Part shown: positions 39,144 to 51,962 of the stretch, in pieces | Numbering within the stretch: the stretch's first letter is position 1 | How the letters are laid out: each line of letters begins with the position of its first letter | Assembly (NCBI RefSeq): GCF_030684315.1 | Contig: NC_081386.1 | Coordinates: 28,550,392 to 28,614,391 of the forward strand | DNA from: Stegostoma tigrinum | Lineage: Eukaryota | Reading direction: 5' to 3' | Length of the DNA stretch: 64,000 bases | Made by a program: the position numbers and the translations under genes | The notes under the pieces: generated by a model | The model's input: the letters and a program-made list of their open reading frames with translations, nothing else | Databases searched by the model: none | What the model was told of the DNA's origin: nothing

Positions 39144-42100
39144 TGTAATGTGGTCAGCCAAGTGGATCTCATAAAATTTAAGTTCCCCGATTGAGGTTGT
39201 TAATCTGATCCCTGGCTGACAGATGTAAACAGGAGTGTCACATGTTCTGTGTGCTCTGAAGAAGCCAGACCTGTGTTAAGTATGCTGCATGTGTATCTAA
39301 AGGGTGACTTGGTTACATTGGTACCAGTCTCTGTGCAGATAATTAAGTGGCAACGAGAAGAAGATATACTCCTGAAGTAATTTGCTTGCAACAGTCATCT
39401 TTGAGTTGGAGTAAACATTTCTGGCATCATGCTATGATATGGGAAGCTTGATTCAATTGATCCTGCTGTCAAAGACTGGGTCCAGATTGTGGAAAATATG
39501 CTTTACTTTTTTTCGGCAAATTTTCTTTTTCCTTTATTCAATCATGTGACGAGGGTGTCATTGGCTTCGCCACATTCATTGCCCATCTCCAACTGCCCTG
39601 AATCAGCTACATTACTGTGGGTCTGAGGTCACATGTAGGCCAGAGCAGGTAAGGATGGCAGTTACCTTCCCTAAAGGGAATTAGTGAACCAGATGGGTTT
39701 TTCCCTGGCAATTGACAATGAATTTATGGTCATCATTAGATTCTTATTTCCAGATATTTATTGAATTGAAATGCCATCATCTGCTGTGGCGGGATTCGAA
39801 CCCAGGTCCACAGAACATTATCTGCATATCTGGATTAAGTGATAATACCACTAGGCCATCATCTCCCCATGACAAGTGACAATGGAGCAGATGAAAAGCA
39901 ATGAGTAATTCTCCTGACAGCTTGCGGACCTGAAGCATTTTTGGTTATTAGGAGCCTAATGTTTTTTGATACACAAAGTACTAAAATCTTTCAAGACTGG
40001 AGGGTTTAGTGAAGGAATATTATGACCCCATGCCTCCTATAATTCTGAAACACTATTGGTTTTACTCAGCAGTTCAAGAACCAAGGGAATCTGTGTCAGG
40101 ATTTTTGACCAGGTTAAGACCAGGCAGAGGCTTGTGATTTTGGTTTAACCCTTAATGAGATGCTGAGAGACTTTTTGGTATGTGGGGTTATTGATGTAAC
40201 CATTCAAAAGCATCTGAGAGCTGAAGCCCAAATGGTCTTCGGGACACTTTTTGAGTGAAATCAATTGCATGGCCTCACTCAGACCATATCCTGAACAGAG
40301 GAATTCTAGATCAGCCCACAGCAAAATCCCAAAACAACGCCAAGTCTTGGCCAAATGGTTAACATTTTCTTCAGGATCCGGGCCGGCAAGCCATTGTAGT
40401 TGCTGCTGGAACGTGAATGCAGGACAGCGAAAGAATTCCACTAGGCCTGAATTGAGTAGGAGAACTCTCCTGGTATCCAGGAGGGTGCACACCCTGGAAA
40501 GTCCACTTACATCTGGTTTTGAACAGCTAATTGCTTAGTGACATCCAAATGAGAACCAATCAAAATATACATCTGGTTAAATGTCACCCAGTTCTAATGG
40601 TGAGTGATATCACTGCAGCTGCATAAATAATTGCAGAACCAGTCTTTAATAAAATTTGCTTTGTACTTGAACTCTGAAGTTTACATAAGATCTCGGCTAT
40701 ACTGAGAACCTATATCAGTGAACCTTCACAGATTAAGGATACAAATTTAGTTCTGGTCTCATGAAAAGCTGCCACTGACTGTAGGACAAGGCTGCGGCCC
40801 AAGCCTGAAGGGTCAAAATTGATTGAGAGAGATTCACCTTGATTGGCTCAACTTTTTTCAAGTAGGAAATGGCTGCCTGAGTGAAATCCTAATTAAATAC
40901 CAAGATGTTTTTCAGGAAGGTCTAGGGACCATCTAAAGAGCTAAGGTCACCTTGTATGTTGACCAGGAAAGCAATTCCATGATTCTGCAAGGCCCTCCCA
41001 GTGCCATTTGGCTAACATGCAAAAGTAGATGTAGAAATCAGGAGGCTGGAAAGTGAAGGAATCATCAAACCAGTACAGTTTGCAGCATGAACATTGGTCA
41101 GGCCACTATTGGAATACTGCATGCAATTCTGGTCTGGAAAGCGTTCAGAAAGATTTACAAGGATGTTGCCGGGTTGGAGGGTTTGAGCTACAGGCAGAGG
41201 CTAAATACGCTGTGGCTATTTTCCCTGGAGTGTTGGAGGTTGAGGGGTGACCTGAGCAGTTTGTAAAATCATTTGCGACATGGATAGGGTAAATAGACAA
41301 ATTATTTTCCTTGGGGTGGGAGACTCCAAAGCTAGAGGGCATAGGTTTAAGGTGTTAGGGGAAAGATATAAAAGGGACCTACAGGCCAATTTTTTCATGC
41401 AGAGGGTGGTGCATGTATGGAATGAGCTGCCAGAGGAAGTGGTAGAGGCTGGTACAGTTACAGCATTTAAAAGGCATCTAGACATGTATATGAGTGGGAA
41501 GCGTTTGCCAAATGCTGGAAAATGGGACTAAATTTATTTAGGAAATCTGGGCAGCATGGACAAGTTGGACTGAAGGGTCTGTTTCCATGCCGTATATCTC
41601 TATGACTCTTTGATAATGGGTAGCAGTGGGCATGCCTATTATGAAGCTTGATGGGTCGGTTCATCTTTGTGGAGATTTTAAACAAACAGTGAAGCATTTC
41701 TCGCAGTTAGATAAATACCCAATCCTTTACATAGAGGACTCACACACAAAGCTGGTGGGGTGGCTGTCCTTCATGAAGCGAGACATAGCAATGCGTACCT
41801 GCAGTTGAGGTTTGAGACCCCAGACAGAGAAGGCAAGTTTGATCATCTGTGGTGTGCAAATACAGGGATATCTCCAGCAGAGTTGCTGTTAGGGAAACGA
41901 CTCCACACTAGGTTAAATCTGACCTTCCCGGACCTGAAGGGGTGGGGATGAAACAGCAACAAGAATGCCAGTGCTGGACACAAGACTTCTCCAAGTAAGA
42001 GAGGCGGTTTACTTCAGGGATGAAGTTTAGTGTTTGAAACCACAGGAATGGCCCTGCGTGGGTAAGTGGCATGGTCACCATGAGGTCAGATCCCATTACG

Positions 42101-42694
42101 TACAAAGTTCGGGTAGCTGAGGCAATCTTGAACAGCATGTGGACCACATGAAAGCTGAAAACTCACAAATAGGGCAGGAGCAAAACATATCTGGCCCCTC
42201 AGAACAGTCCAAAAGGGCATCGGAAATGGCACGGCCTCCCCCTACAATTAGCATCGAAGAAACCTTGGAGCCCTTGGATCTCGTTGACTCATGCCTTTAC
42301 TGCTTGAAGAAGAGGCTGAATTTCTTCCAAGGCACTCTGGTGCAAGACACAGGGTATGGTCTGGTATCCAAGGCTGAATTGGAGGAACTGGACCCGGTGC
42401 AAAAAAAATGCAGGAGAAGGCCCAAGAGGAAGAACAGGCCTAGATCCCAGACTTAGAGGGGAAGGGATGTAACGAGATCAGCCAGGTGGAACTCATGGAA
42501 TAGAAACTCTCTGATTGGACCAGGTTAACAATTCCAATCAGGGAGCCTTGGCTGACAGATATCAACAGAAATGTCGGTGTTTCTGTTCGCTCAAAGAGCT
42601 GTCTCTGATCAAGCCAAACCTGTGTCCAGTACTATGCATGTGTAAATAAAAGGGGACTTGCTGAGGGGATACCGGCCTCCGTGGAATTATTTCA
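39144..42694 (+). mobile_element. Decayed, internally deleted Ty3/Gypsy LTR retrotransposon with nested SINE (~39525-39870) and CR1 (~41090-41609)
   Basis: Related LTRs 39144-39346 and 42468-42694; PBS-like TGGCAACGAG (39348); PPT agaggggaaggga; gag-like GKLDSIDPAVKDW; RT-like EIRRLESEGIIKPV and KLDGSVHLCGDFKQTV; integrase tail TGISPAELLLGKRLHTRL. Confidence 0.85.
41090..41609 (+). mobile_element. CR1 LINE 3' fragment inserted in the Gypsy RT
   Basis: RGHRFKVLGERYKRDLQANFFMQRVVHVWNELP; tail ctctatgactct; splits contiguous Gypsy RT motifs. Confidence 0.88.
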
Positions 42695-43104
42695 ATTCCC
42701 TGTCACATGGCACTCACATGAGTCATGCCAACCAGGCGAATGTAAAAGATTCCAATGGTGCCATATGGTTAAGTAATGGCGGGTGTTGACCCCATTCAGT
42801 TTTCTTTTAAAATTTTCACATAGTGGTCTCCTTTTCCTACCTTATCTTGTGTTGATTAATAAAAATGCCAGGATAATTTACTTCACTCACTACCAGTCAT
42901 GAATTCAAATTATTAGAAGTAGTGGATATTCTTCATAAACTCCAAAGTATCATGTTTCTTTGTTTGAGAACATTTATTTTCCAGAGGTACAGCTTCAAAA
43001 TAGATTTTCCAACTGCACGATTTATCTTCTATTCTTACGGTAATAAGTGTGATAGATGTGAAGAGGACTGTTCAGACAATGCCCTTGATCACTTTTTTAA
43101 AAAT

Positions 43105-43450
43105 ATATTCATTCACATAATGAGGGCATCGCTGACCAGGCCAGCATTTATCGCCCATCCCTAATTGCCCAGAGGGCAGTTAAGAGTCAATCACATTGCT
43201 GCGGATCTGGAGCCACATGTAGACCAGACCAGTAAGGATGGCAGTTTCCCTCCCTAAATGACATTAGTGAACCAGATGGGTTTTTTTCCCTGACAATTAG
43301 CAATTGATTTATGGTCATCATTAGACCCTTAATTCCCACTATTTATTTAATTAAAATTCCACCATCTGCCGTGGCAGGATTTGGACTCAGGTCCCCAAAA
43401 CATTACCTGGGCCTCTGGATTAACAATCCAGCAATAATACCATTGCTTCC
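43105..43450 (-). mobile_element. tRNA-headed SINE
   Basis: Same family as 22768-23100 and 39530-39870. Confidence 0.8.
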
Positions 43451-43729
43451 CTGTGTTTCAGATGTACTCCTATGTTTGTAGAAGATGAGACAAAGCTTTA
43501 ACTATCTGGTATGTTAAAACTGTATCCCCATTCTACCACACAAACCCATTGAATTACAGTCTCTACTCCTGAAACTGTATGGGACTGGGTGATTTCTCAG
43601 ACAAAGGCTGGAAGCAATATATACCGGTTGGTCAAACAAGGCAATGTGATCAGGGCATCCTAATATGTACAGATTTTGTCCAGTACCATAGACAAATAAA
43701 TAAATAATATTGTTGAAGAAGACATTTTT

Positions 43730-43920
43730 TTCCAAAGCTTTTGGTCTTGCTCTCATCAGGACATTTTGCAAAAAAATAACAATGCAAAGGAGAACAATAT
43801 TTTCAGACTATATTAAAAACATTGCTGATTGATTGACAAGAGATCTCTGATTGGTAAAGATGTTACCATGGAGAATGTGCCAATTAGATGATGACTGAGT
43901 GTTAACCACCAAGTTTTACT
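43730..43920 (-). mobile_element. Short repeat with hammerhead-like motif (second copy at 59360-59620)
   Basis: Shared sequence aagcttttnntcttgc...atcaggaca...ctgattggta; minus strand tgtc-CTGATGA-gagcaagac-CAAA-agctt. Confidence 0.6.
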
Positions 43921-45262
43921 TACATTTACCTTGTCTCGTCATAGTCAGGCTGCCTGATGACCCTATAGTTCATAAAGGATCACCTGTAAAGCATACATAG
44001 AAAGATTGTATAAATTGATAAACTGTTTATATATATAGTTTTGACCAAACTGCAACAAGCAACAAGGTCAAACATAATAAGCCTTGTAATTCTGTCCAGA
44101 ATTCTAATCTAAGGATCAGACAGCTGCTTCTAAGAACTACTGGAGAGACTGGAATGACAAACGAATAATGGGTAAGAGTGAAGGAGATTGGGACCAGGAC
44201 ACATTCAAGTTAGTTGTGCTGATGTGCTCATTTATGAAGGAAGAAATGTTTAATTTTTTGAATGCCAACAGAGGAATGGCTGGGGACAGATGAAGAGGAA
44301 GCTCAACCATTAAGCTTGCAAGTCCCCTCTCACGCAAATGATTTGCAACATTAAACCCAAATTCCTCAGTATTAGCTGAGATGAGCTACTTCATAGGAGC
44401 ATGGATGTTAGGAACTTGTGGATAGGAAGAGGCCATTCAATCCATTAAGCCCTTTCTAACACTCAACTATATTTTGGCTCTGATCTTTCTTGTTACTGCA
44501 TCTTCCTAGTTTGTTCTGTAATCCTTAAATCCTTTGCCTCAGAAAAAAAAATCCATCATAGCTTTTAAATTTCCAATTGATACCCAACCACAACAGTTTC
44601 ATGGAGCAGTGAGATCCAGGTATCCAACACTGAATGGTTCAGTTCTGTTTCCTGTTGCCATGGTTTCCCTCAGCCACCAGAACTCGGCACAGACTCCGGA
44701 CAGAATTCCTCAATCTGACTTGTTCCCTTTGGTTGGCACGATGCAGCAGCAGTACCATGTGGTCCATTTGACTCGTGAGATGTCAAGGGAGCAGAACGTC
44801 AACTATGTATAATCACAAAAAACCAACACAAGCTGCAAAGAAAACTTGAGGCACAGGTTTGATCAGAGAAGGAAACATGGACTGAAATAAAAATTGACAA
44901 TGCTGTAATGCAGAGTAGGCCCACCGGTACTTACAACTGGAAAGATAGACTTTCCTATCAGGGTATTGGGGTCCCTTGTCAAAACCCGGTTGTGCTAAGG
45001 AAAATTATGCCTAAATATATCTTCTTTTGAATGTCTGTTGTGTTCCCTGTGAGTGCGTCACTAATTGGGCATTTGTGTGGCAACTTCCAGGACAAAGACT
45101 CCATCGTTGCCCATGGCTATTATGCGTTAAAACAAAACAAAATAATTTGCTGTAGGGTACCAATCATGCCATTAAAACCTTCATAACAATGAACAAATAA
45201 ACCAAGGGTGTAACCATGAGCGCTGTGAAGGTATAAGTGTACTTCAGCTCTGTTGCTGATTC

Positions 45263-45434
45263 AGTTTCACTTTGTCATTTCACATCATTTACAATTCCTC
45301 TGAAATTGTGTTTTTGTTTGTTTTTATTTTGGCTACAGCCCGGTTTGCAGTACAAAGGTGGCGTCCTCAAGCTTGACTAGTTGGGTGAGGAGCTGTATAA
45401 AAGAGGAAGGAAATTTACTGTTTTGTTTTCAGTC
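45263..45434 (+). promoter_or_regulatory. Candidate ISG20 promoter: ISRE-like site, TATA box, Inr-like motif
   Basis: AGTTTCACTTTG (45263-45274, one mismatch to AGTTTCNNTTTC), TATAAAAG (45396-45403), TCAGTC (45429); the same AG could instead be a splice acceptor. Confidence 0.45.
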
Positions 45435-45478
45435 GGACACGGTTTGCAGAAGAGAGTTGTTTCTCAAGGGATTGAAAA

Positions 45479-45709
45479 ATGATCGATCCTTCAAAGTACG
45501 TTGCCATTGATTGCGAGATGGTGGGGCTTGGACCCAATGGCTTTGAGAGTGGCCTGGCACGGTGCAGCATTGTGGACTACAGTGGGACTGTAATCTATGA
45601 CAAATTTATTAAACCAGATGGGAAGATAACTGATTTCAGGACCCCTGTGAGTGGGATTCGTCCATTAGATATGGATACAGCTTTGCCTTATCCTATCGCC
45701 AGGGAGGAG
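45479..45709 (+). CDS. ISG20: Interferon-stimulated exonuclease ISG20, coding exon 1
   Basis: In-frame TGA just upstream of the ATG; [20 protein letters not shown]...YDKFIKPDGKITDFRTPVSGI is ISG20-like; donor GAG|GTAGGC. Confidence 0.9.
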
Positions 45710-45862
45710 GTAGGCTTTGCATTTTTATCCATTTAAACAACATGCTTGTGATGTTATGATTCACTTCAATGGCCTTTCCAATGCTTGTAGCTCCCTTTCT
45801 GACAGTGAAATCACTCTACACAAAAGAGTAACTAGGACCCATTTAATTGAGAGACGAAGTGA

Positions 45863-46186
45863 GGGTAGCACAGTGGCTCAGTGTTCAACACTGCTGCGTC
45901 ACAGCACCAGGGACTGTCGGTGTGTGCAGTTTGCACATTCTGTCCTTGTCTGAGTGGGTTTCCCACAGATGCTCCGGTTTCATCCCCTAGTCCAAAGATG
46001 TGTGAATTCGGTGGATTGGCCATGCTAAATTGCTCAGAGTCCAGGGACATATTGGTTAAGTGGATTAGCCATAGGAAATGCGAGGTTACAGTAATAGGGT
46101 AGGGGGTGAGAGTTTGGGTGGGATGCTCTTTGATGCACGTAATGGACCAAATGGCCTGATTCCGCACTTTGAGGATTCGATGATTT
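45863..46186 (+). mobile_element. HE1/V-SINE-like tRNA-derived SINE
   Basis: A box cagtggctcagtg; central gtttgcacattc...tgggtttcc...gctccggttt...tccaaagatg...gattggccatgctaaattgc; CR1-like tail. Confidence 0.8.
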
Positions 46187-46371
46187 TAAAGTGAAATCTC
46201 AATTGTAAAATGTTCACTGACACTGTAGATGCAAAAAGAGTTAAGTGGCAACAGGTTTGGGTTTTAAAAGCCATTAGAGTTGAAAATGATGGAAATTGGT
46301 CTCTAAATTGGAAGAGAAGCTGAGATTTTTAAAAAGTTTGCTGATGATACAAAGCATGTAAGTGCAGTGAT

Positions 46372-46491
46372 TGTAACAAGGTCAGTCAGATGGACTTCCT
46401 GACACTCTGAGAGCTGGTTCTGAGGAAGATGGATCAGTGTAAATAAAGGGGAACTGGGTGACGGGATACAGATCTCTGTGGAGTTATTTCA
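46372..46491 (+). mobile_element. Internally deleted solo LTR related to the Gypsy LTRs at 39144 and 42468
   Basis: TGTAAC...gtcag...tgtaaataaaggg...gggatac...gtggagttatttCA. Confidence 0.65.
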
Positions 46492-47289
46492 GTTAGAACT
46501 TGAACCTAGGGATGAGAGATTTTTATTCAGCTCATCACCAAGGCTAAATAGATTGGAGACAAACTAAATCAAAAAAGATTAAGGGTGACAAGTGTTGGTG
46601 AACAAGCTTGTAAGAAGGAGATGGAGGGAGGGACAGGAGAAGTTCTACATTTCTGAGATCAGTGGAAAATATGAGTCAGATTGGGGTACTCATGCACTGT
46701 TTCTTGGTTTCCATGGACAAAGTTGGCAAACTAAATAGAAAACTCGAAGTTGGAATGTAATGTTTTGACCAAAATATGTACAGGAATAAGATGTGGCCAT
46801 ACATGATGTTTCTGTTGGAGATATACAGAGGGCCATTTGGTCACACTCTGAATCCGTATTATATAAACAAAGGCACATAGAACACTAGGCAAGAGGTATA
46901 AACAAATTTAATTGCATGAACATTAAGGTAATGCCTTTTTGGCTTAAGTGCTTGGAATTATTTTCACTAGAAATGAAAGGGCAATCACGCTGAGGTCATT
47001 AAGCCTATTAAAGAATTTGGCAGGGTAAATGTGGGGAAGATGTTTCTACCCGTGCACAAAACCAGAAATGGGGGCATCATAAATATAGGACAATAGTAAA
47101 TCCAACTGGGAATTCAGAGGAGACTTCTTTTAACCAGAGAGTGGTGAGAATGTGGAACTCGGTCCTCAGGAAATTGCTTGCATAGATTCCTTTTAGAGGA
47201 AGCTAGGTAAATACTGACAAAGAGGAAATAGAAAAATATATTGCAGTGTTGAATGAAAATAATTCAGAGGTACCACACCAGCTATTACC

Positions 47290-47885
47290 TCATAGAGTAC
47301 AAGAGGAGGGAAGTGATTGTGTAAGACACTATTCAACTTCAGCTGGAGTATTATGTACAGTTCTGAGCGCTACATCATAGGAAGGACGTGAATGTATTGG
47401 AGAGAGTGCAGAAATGATTTATAAGAATGGTTTCAAGACTGAGGAACTTCAGTCATGAGGATAGATTGAAAAAGTTGGGTCTTTTGTCCTTTGAGAGAAG
47501 AAGACTCAAAGGAAATCTGATAGAGAATGTCAAAATCATGAGTGGGCTGAAAACAGTGCATAGGGAAAAACTGTTCCCACTGGTAAAAGGAACATGGATG
47601 AGAGGGCATAGATTTAAAGTGATTTACAGAAGAAGTAAGGGTAACGTGGGGAAAAGCTTTGTCACTCAGTTAACAGTTAGGTAATGGAACGCACTGCCTG
47701 GAATTGTGGTGGAGGTAGGTTCAATTGACGCATTCACTGGATGAGTATTTGGATAGAAATAGTGTTCAATGGCATGGGACAAAATCAGGAGATTGGTACT
47801 TGGTAATGATGACCATTCAAAGAGCCAGTATGGATACAATAAGCTGAATGACCCCCCCCTCTGCATCTTAACACTCAGTAATTCT
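47290..47885 (+). mobile_element. CR1 LINE 3' fragment
   Basis: EDRLKKLGLLSFERRRLKGNLIE...RGHRFKV. Confidence 0.85.
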
Positions 47886-47958
47886 GGTTGTGAAGCTAAC
47901 ATGAATTATGTAAGTGCCTGTTCTTTCTGCTAATGAAGAGTTCATCAATTTTATTCAG

Positions 47959-48159
47959 ATTTTGAAGATTATACAAGGGAAAATTATTGTGGGCCACGAT
48001 CCTAGATCTGACTTCCGGGTCCTGAAAACGGACATCTCAGATTATGCCATACGGGACACGTCTTCGTGCAAGTTACTGATCATGAAAGCAAGACTGAAAA
48101 CCGACAGACGGGCCTCGTTAAAAAGCCTCTGCCAGAACTTACTGGGGAAAAGGATACAG
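47959..48159 (+). CDS. ISG20: ISG20 coding exon 2
   Basis: ttcag|ATT...CAG|gtaaat, 201 bp; ILKIIQGKIIVGHDPRSDFRVLKTDISDYAIRDTS...RRASLKSLCQNLLGKRIQ. Confidence 0.92.
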
Positions 48160-48439
48160 GTAAATGTGCATTATGTAATGGGCACTCAGATATACTTGGC
48201 AACTTTCTTTCCTAACTTTTACTCTGTTTGCTTCAAGTGCTGTAAATCACTACACTGTTTAATCCTCGTGCATTCGCTCCTCAAATCATAAGACGCAAGA
48301 ACATTAGGAAAAGGAGCAGGAGGACACTAGTCAGCTCTTGGAGCCCACCGTGACATTTAATGAAGCCACGGCTGTTCTTTTGTTTGGACACCATTTTCCT
48401 GCACGATCCCCATATCCTTTTGTCTTGACTATGTAGAAA

Positions 48440-48980
48440 CCTATTATATGGCCCAACTAGTCTTTGCTGAGCATAATCCCAAACTAAACTAGTCCCAACT
48501 GCCTGTACTTGGCCCATATCGTTCCAAACCTTTCCTATTTATGTAATTATCCAAATCTCTTTTAAATGTTGTAATTGCACCCACATTCCACCATTTCCTC
48601 AGGAAGTTCATTCCACACACGAACGACCTTCAGTGTAAAGACAAAATTCCTCCTCATGTGTTTCTTAAATCCCTTTCCTCTCACCTTAACAATGTGTCCC
48701 CTAGCCTTGAGACTCCCCCATCCTTGGAGGTAAAAAAACCAATCATTTACCGTATCTGTAGCCCTTATGATTTTATAAGCTTCATCAAGGTCACCTCTCA
48801 ACGGCCTGAGCTCCAGTGAAAAATGTTCCGGCCTATCCAGCCTTTCTGTATAACTCAAACCTTCCATACTCGGTAACATCCTGGTAGATTTCTTCTGATT
48901 CCTTGCCAGCTTGATAATATCCTTCCAGTAACAGACTGAACACAGTACTCCAGAAGAGGCCTCACCAACATCCTGTACAG
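48440..48980 (-). mobile_element. CR1 LINE 3' fragment
   Basis: MEGLSYTERLDR...LRGDLDEAYKI...VVRVWNELPEE. Confidence 0.85.
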
Positions 48981-49419
48981 ATTGTTGACTTGCTTGCCGA
49001 GCTGGCTTATTTTCAATCAGTTATTTCAACACCATGCTAGCTGACATCATCAGTGACTTCTGGCCAAACTTGGCCTCAATTTACGTCAATAGATCATTAA
49101 CTTTTGATTTTCTTCTCAATCTTGTATTTTACATTTGGGCTCCCTAGGCTCCTCACTAATTAAAACAGAGTTAATTTGTCTCTTTCCTTTTCCCAAGGAT
49201 GATTCTGAGCTTTATCCCTGCTTGAATCCTCTTGTTTGTCCTCTCTTACTCTCTCCCCTCTTATTCTTCCTGTCCACTCACTGTCTCTGCGAATACAGCT
49301 TTAAACTGAATCGTTGAGGGGGGAGGTGGGAATGGTTCGGATGCATGGAAAAATCTGGAAAAAGTTGGGGTAGGGCTAGGACAGAGGAAAAGGCAAGCCT
49401 CGGGCCACCGAGCAGTGGC

Positions 49420-51962
49420 CAGGAGAAGAAAATAAATGAGGTCGAGGAAGTATGTAAGAAAGGCAGTATTACAATAATGATCTGGGGCCTTTGATACACC
49501 TTTGGACTGGGAAAAGCAGGTCAGCAGTGAACCTCAAGCAAGGGATTTTGTGGATGTCAATGGGATGGCTTTTTGGAGCAGCTTATAGTAGATCCCACTA
49601 GGGATCAGGCAGTTCTGGATTTGCTGATATCTAATGAGATTTGACTTGATTAAAGTGATGGAAGCCTGTAGTGGGCAGTGACCATAATTTGATAGAATTC
49701 ACCCTTTCAATCTGAGAGGGAGGAGCTGGCCAGAGTTGAATGAAAGGAAAACCTAGCAGGGAAGACAGTGGAGCAGCAATGGCAGGAGTTTCTGGAGGTA
49801 ATTCAGGAGGCACAGCAAAAATTCATCCCAAGGAAGAAGAAGCATACTCTAAGGGGAGGATGAGGCATCCACAGCTGACAGGGGGAGTCAATAACAGAAC
49901 AAAAGATAAAGCATACAATGTGGTGAAGATTAATGGGAAGCCAGAAGATAAAAATCAGCAGATGGATAACTAAAAAAGCAATGAGCGGGAAGAAGATGAA
50001 ATATGAGTGTGGTTGTAGCTAGCTAGTTATGTAAAGGAAGACTGCAAGAGTATTTTACATATATAAAAGGGAAGGGAGGGGCAAGAGTGAACATTGACAG
50101 CTGGAAAATGATGCTGGAGAAGTGATAATGGAGAACAAAGAAATGGTGGAGGAACTGAATGGATGTTTTGTATCAGTTTTCACGGTGGAAGACACCAGCA
50201 GCATACCAGCACATCAATGGAAGGGAAGCGTAGCAGGGAAGACAGTGGAACAGCAATGGCAGGAGTTTCTGCCACTTCTTTGACTACTCTCCTAGCCAAG
50301 AGAGTTTGGCCGGGGTGCGGGCGGGGGGTGGTTGCTGGTGGGGGTGGGGGTGGTGTGGTGTAGAGGTGAGTATACAGGCCATCACTAAAGACAAGGTCCT
50401 GGGGAAGCTGAAAGTCTGAAGGTGGGTAAATCACCCAGACTGGATGGACCACGCCCCAGAGTTCTGAAGGTCATAGCTGAGGGGATAGTAGAGGCATTGA
50501 TAGTGATCTTTCAGGAGTCAGGGAGGGTCTCAGAGGACTGGAAAATGACTAATGTAATACCCTGTTTAAGAATGGAGGGAGGCAGAAGACAGGAACCTAT
50601 GGGTGAATTAGCCTGACCTTGGTCACTGGTGAGGTTTTAGAATCCATTTTTAAGGATAAGATTGCAGGGTACTCGGAAATGTATGGTGAAATAACGCTGA
50701 GTCAGTATGGCTTCATCAAGGGGCAGTCATGCCTGACAAGTCTATTAGAATTCTTTGAGGAGGCAACGAGCAAATTAGACAGAGGAGAGCCAGTGGATGT
50801 GATCTGTTTGGATTTCCAGAAGTTCTTTGATAAAGTGTTGCACATGAGGCTGAGAAATAAGATAAGAGCATAAGAGGTGTTATCACCAAGGCACTGGCAT
50901 GGATAGGGGTGTGGCTGACTGTCAGAAGGCAGAGATTATGGATAAAGAGCTTTTTTTCAGGATGACAGCTGCTAACTAGTGAAGTTCCACAGGGGTCAGT
51001 GTTGGGACCACAACTGTTCATGTTATACATCCATGATCTGGACAAAAGAACTAAGGAAATCGTTACGAAGTTTGCAGATGACACAAAGATAGTTGGAGGA
51101 ACAGGTAGCGTTTAGAAAATGGGGAGGTTGCCGAAGGACTTGGTCAGGCCAGGAGAGTAGTCGTAGAAGTGGCAGATGGAATACAATGTGGGAAAGTGTG
51201 AGGTTATGCACTTTGGTCGGAAGAATAGAGGCGTATGCTATTTTCTAAATGAAGAAAGGCTTTGGAAATCTGAACCACATAAGAATTAGGAGTCCTAGTT
51301 CAGGATTCTCTTAAGGTTAATATGCAGGTTCAGTTGGCAGTTAGAAAGGCAAATGTGATGTCAGCATTAATTTCGAAAGGGTTGGAATACAAGACTAGGG
51401 ATGTACTGCTGAGGCTGTATAAGGCTCTGGTAAGACCGCATTTGGAATATAGTGAGCAGTTTTGGGCCTCATTGCTAAGGAAGGATAGGCTGGCATTGAA
51501 GGGGGTCCAGATGAGGTTTGCAAGAATGATCACTGGGTGAAGGGATTGTCATATGAGGAGCCTTTGAGGACTCTGAGTTTAGAAGGATGACGGAGGATCT
51601 GATTGAAACTTACAGAAACCTGAGAGGCCTGGGTAGAGTGGACGTGGAGAAGATATTTCCACTCATTGGAGAGATTAGGACACAAGGGCACAGCCTTGGA
51701 CTGAAGGGATGACCCTTAAGAACTGAGATTTAGAGGAATTTTCTCAGGTGGTGAATCTGTGGAGCTTATTACTGCTGAAGGCTAAGGAGGCCAAGTCATT
51801 GAGAACCTTTAAGACTATAGATAATTTCTTAATTAGTAAGGGACTCAATGGTTACAAGGAGGTGGGGGTGAGAATTGGGTTGAGAAATACATCAGCTAAG
51901 ACTGAATGATAGAACAGACTCAGCGGGCCAAATGGCCTACTTCTGCTTCTATACCTGACGGT
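49420..51962 (+). mobile_element. Long decayed CR1 LINE (endonuclease end + RT) in ISG20 intron 2
   Basis: Degenerate EN motifs (gatcccactaggg..ctggatttg, gtgaccataat), [49 protein letters not shown]. Confidence 0.92.
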
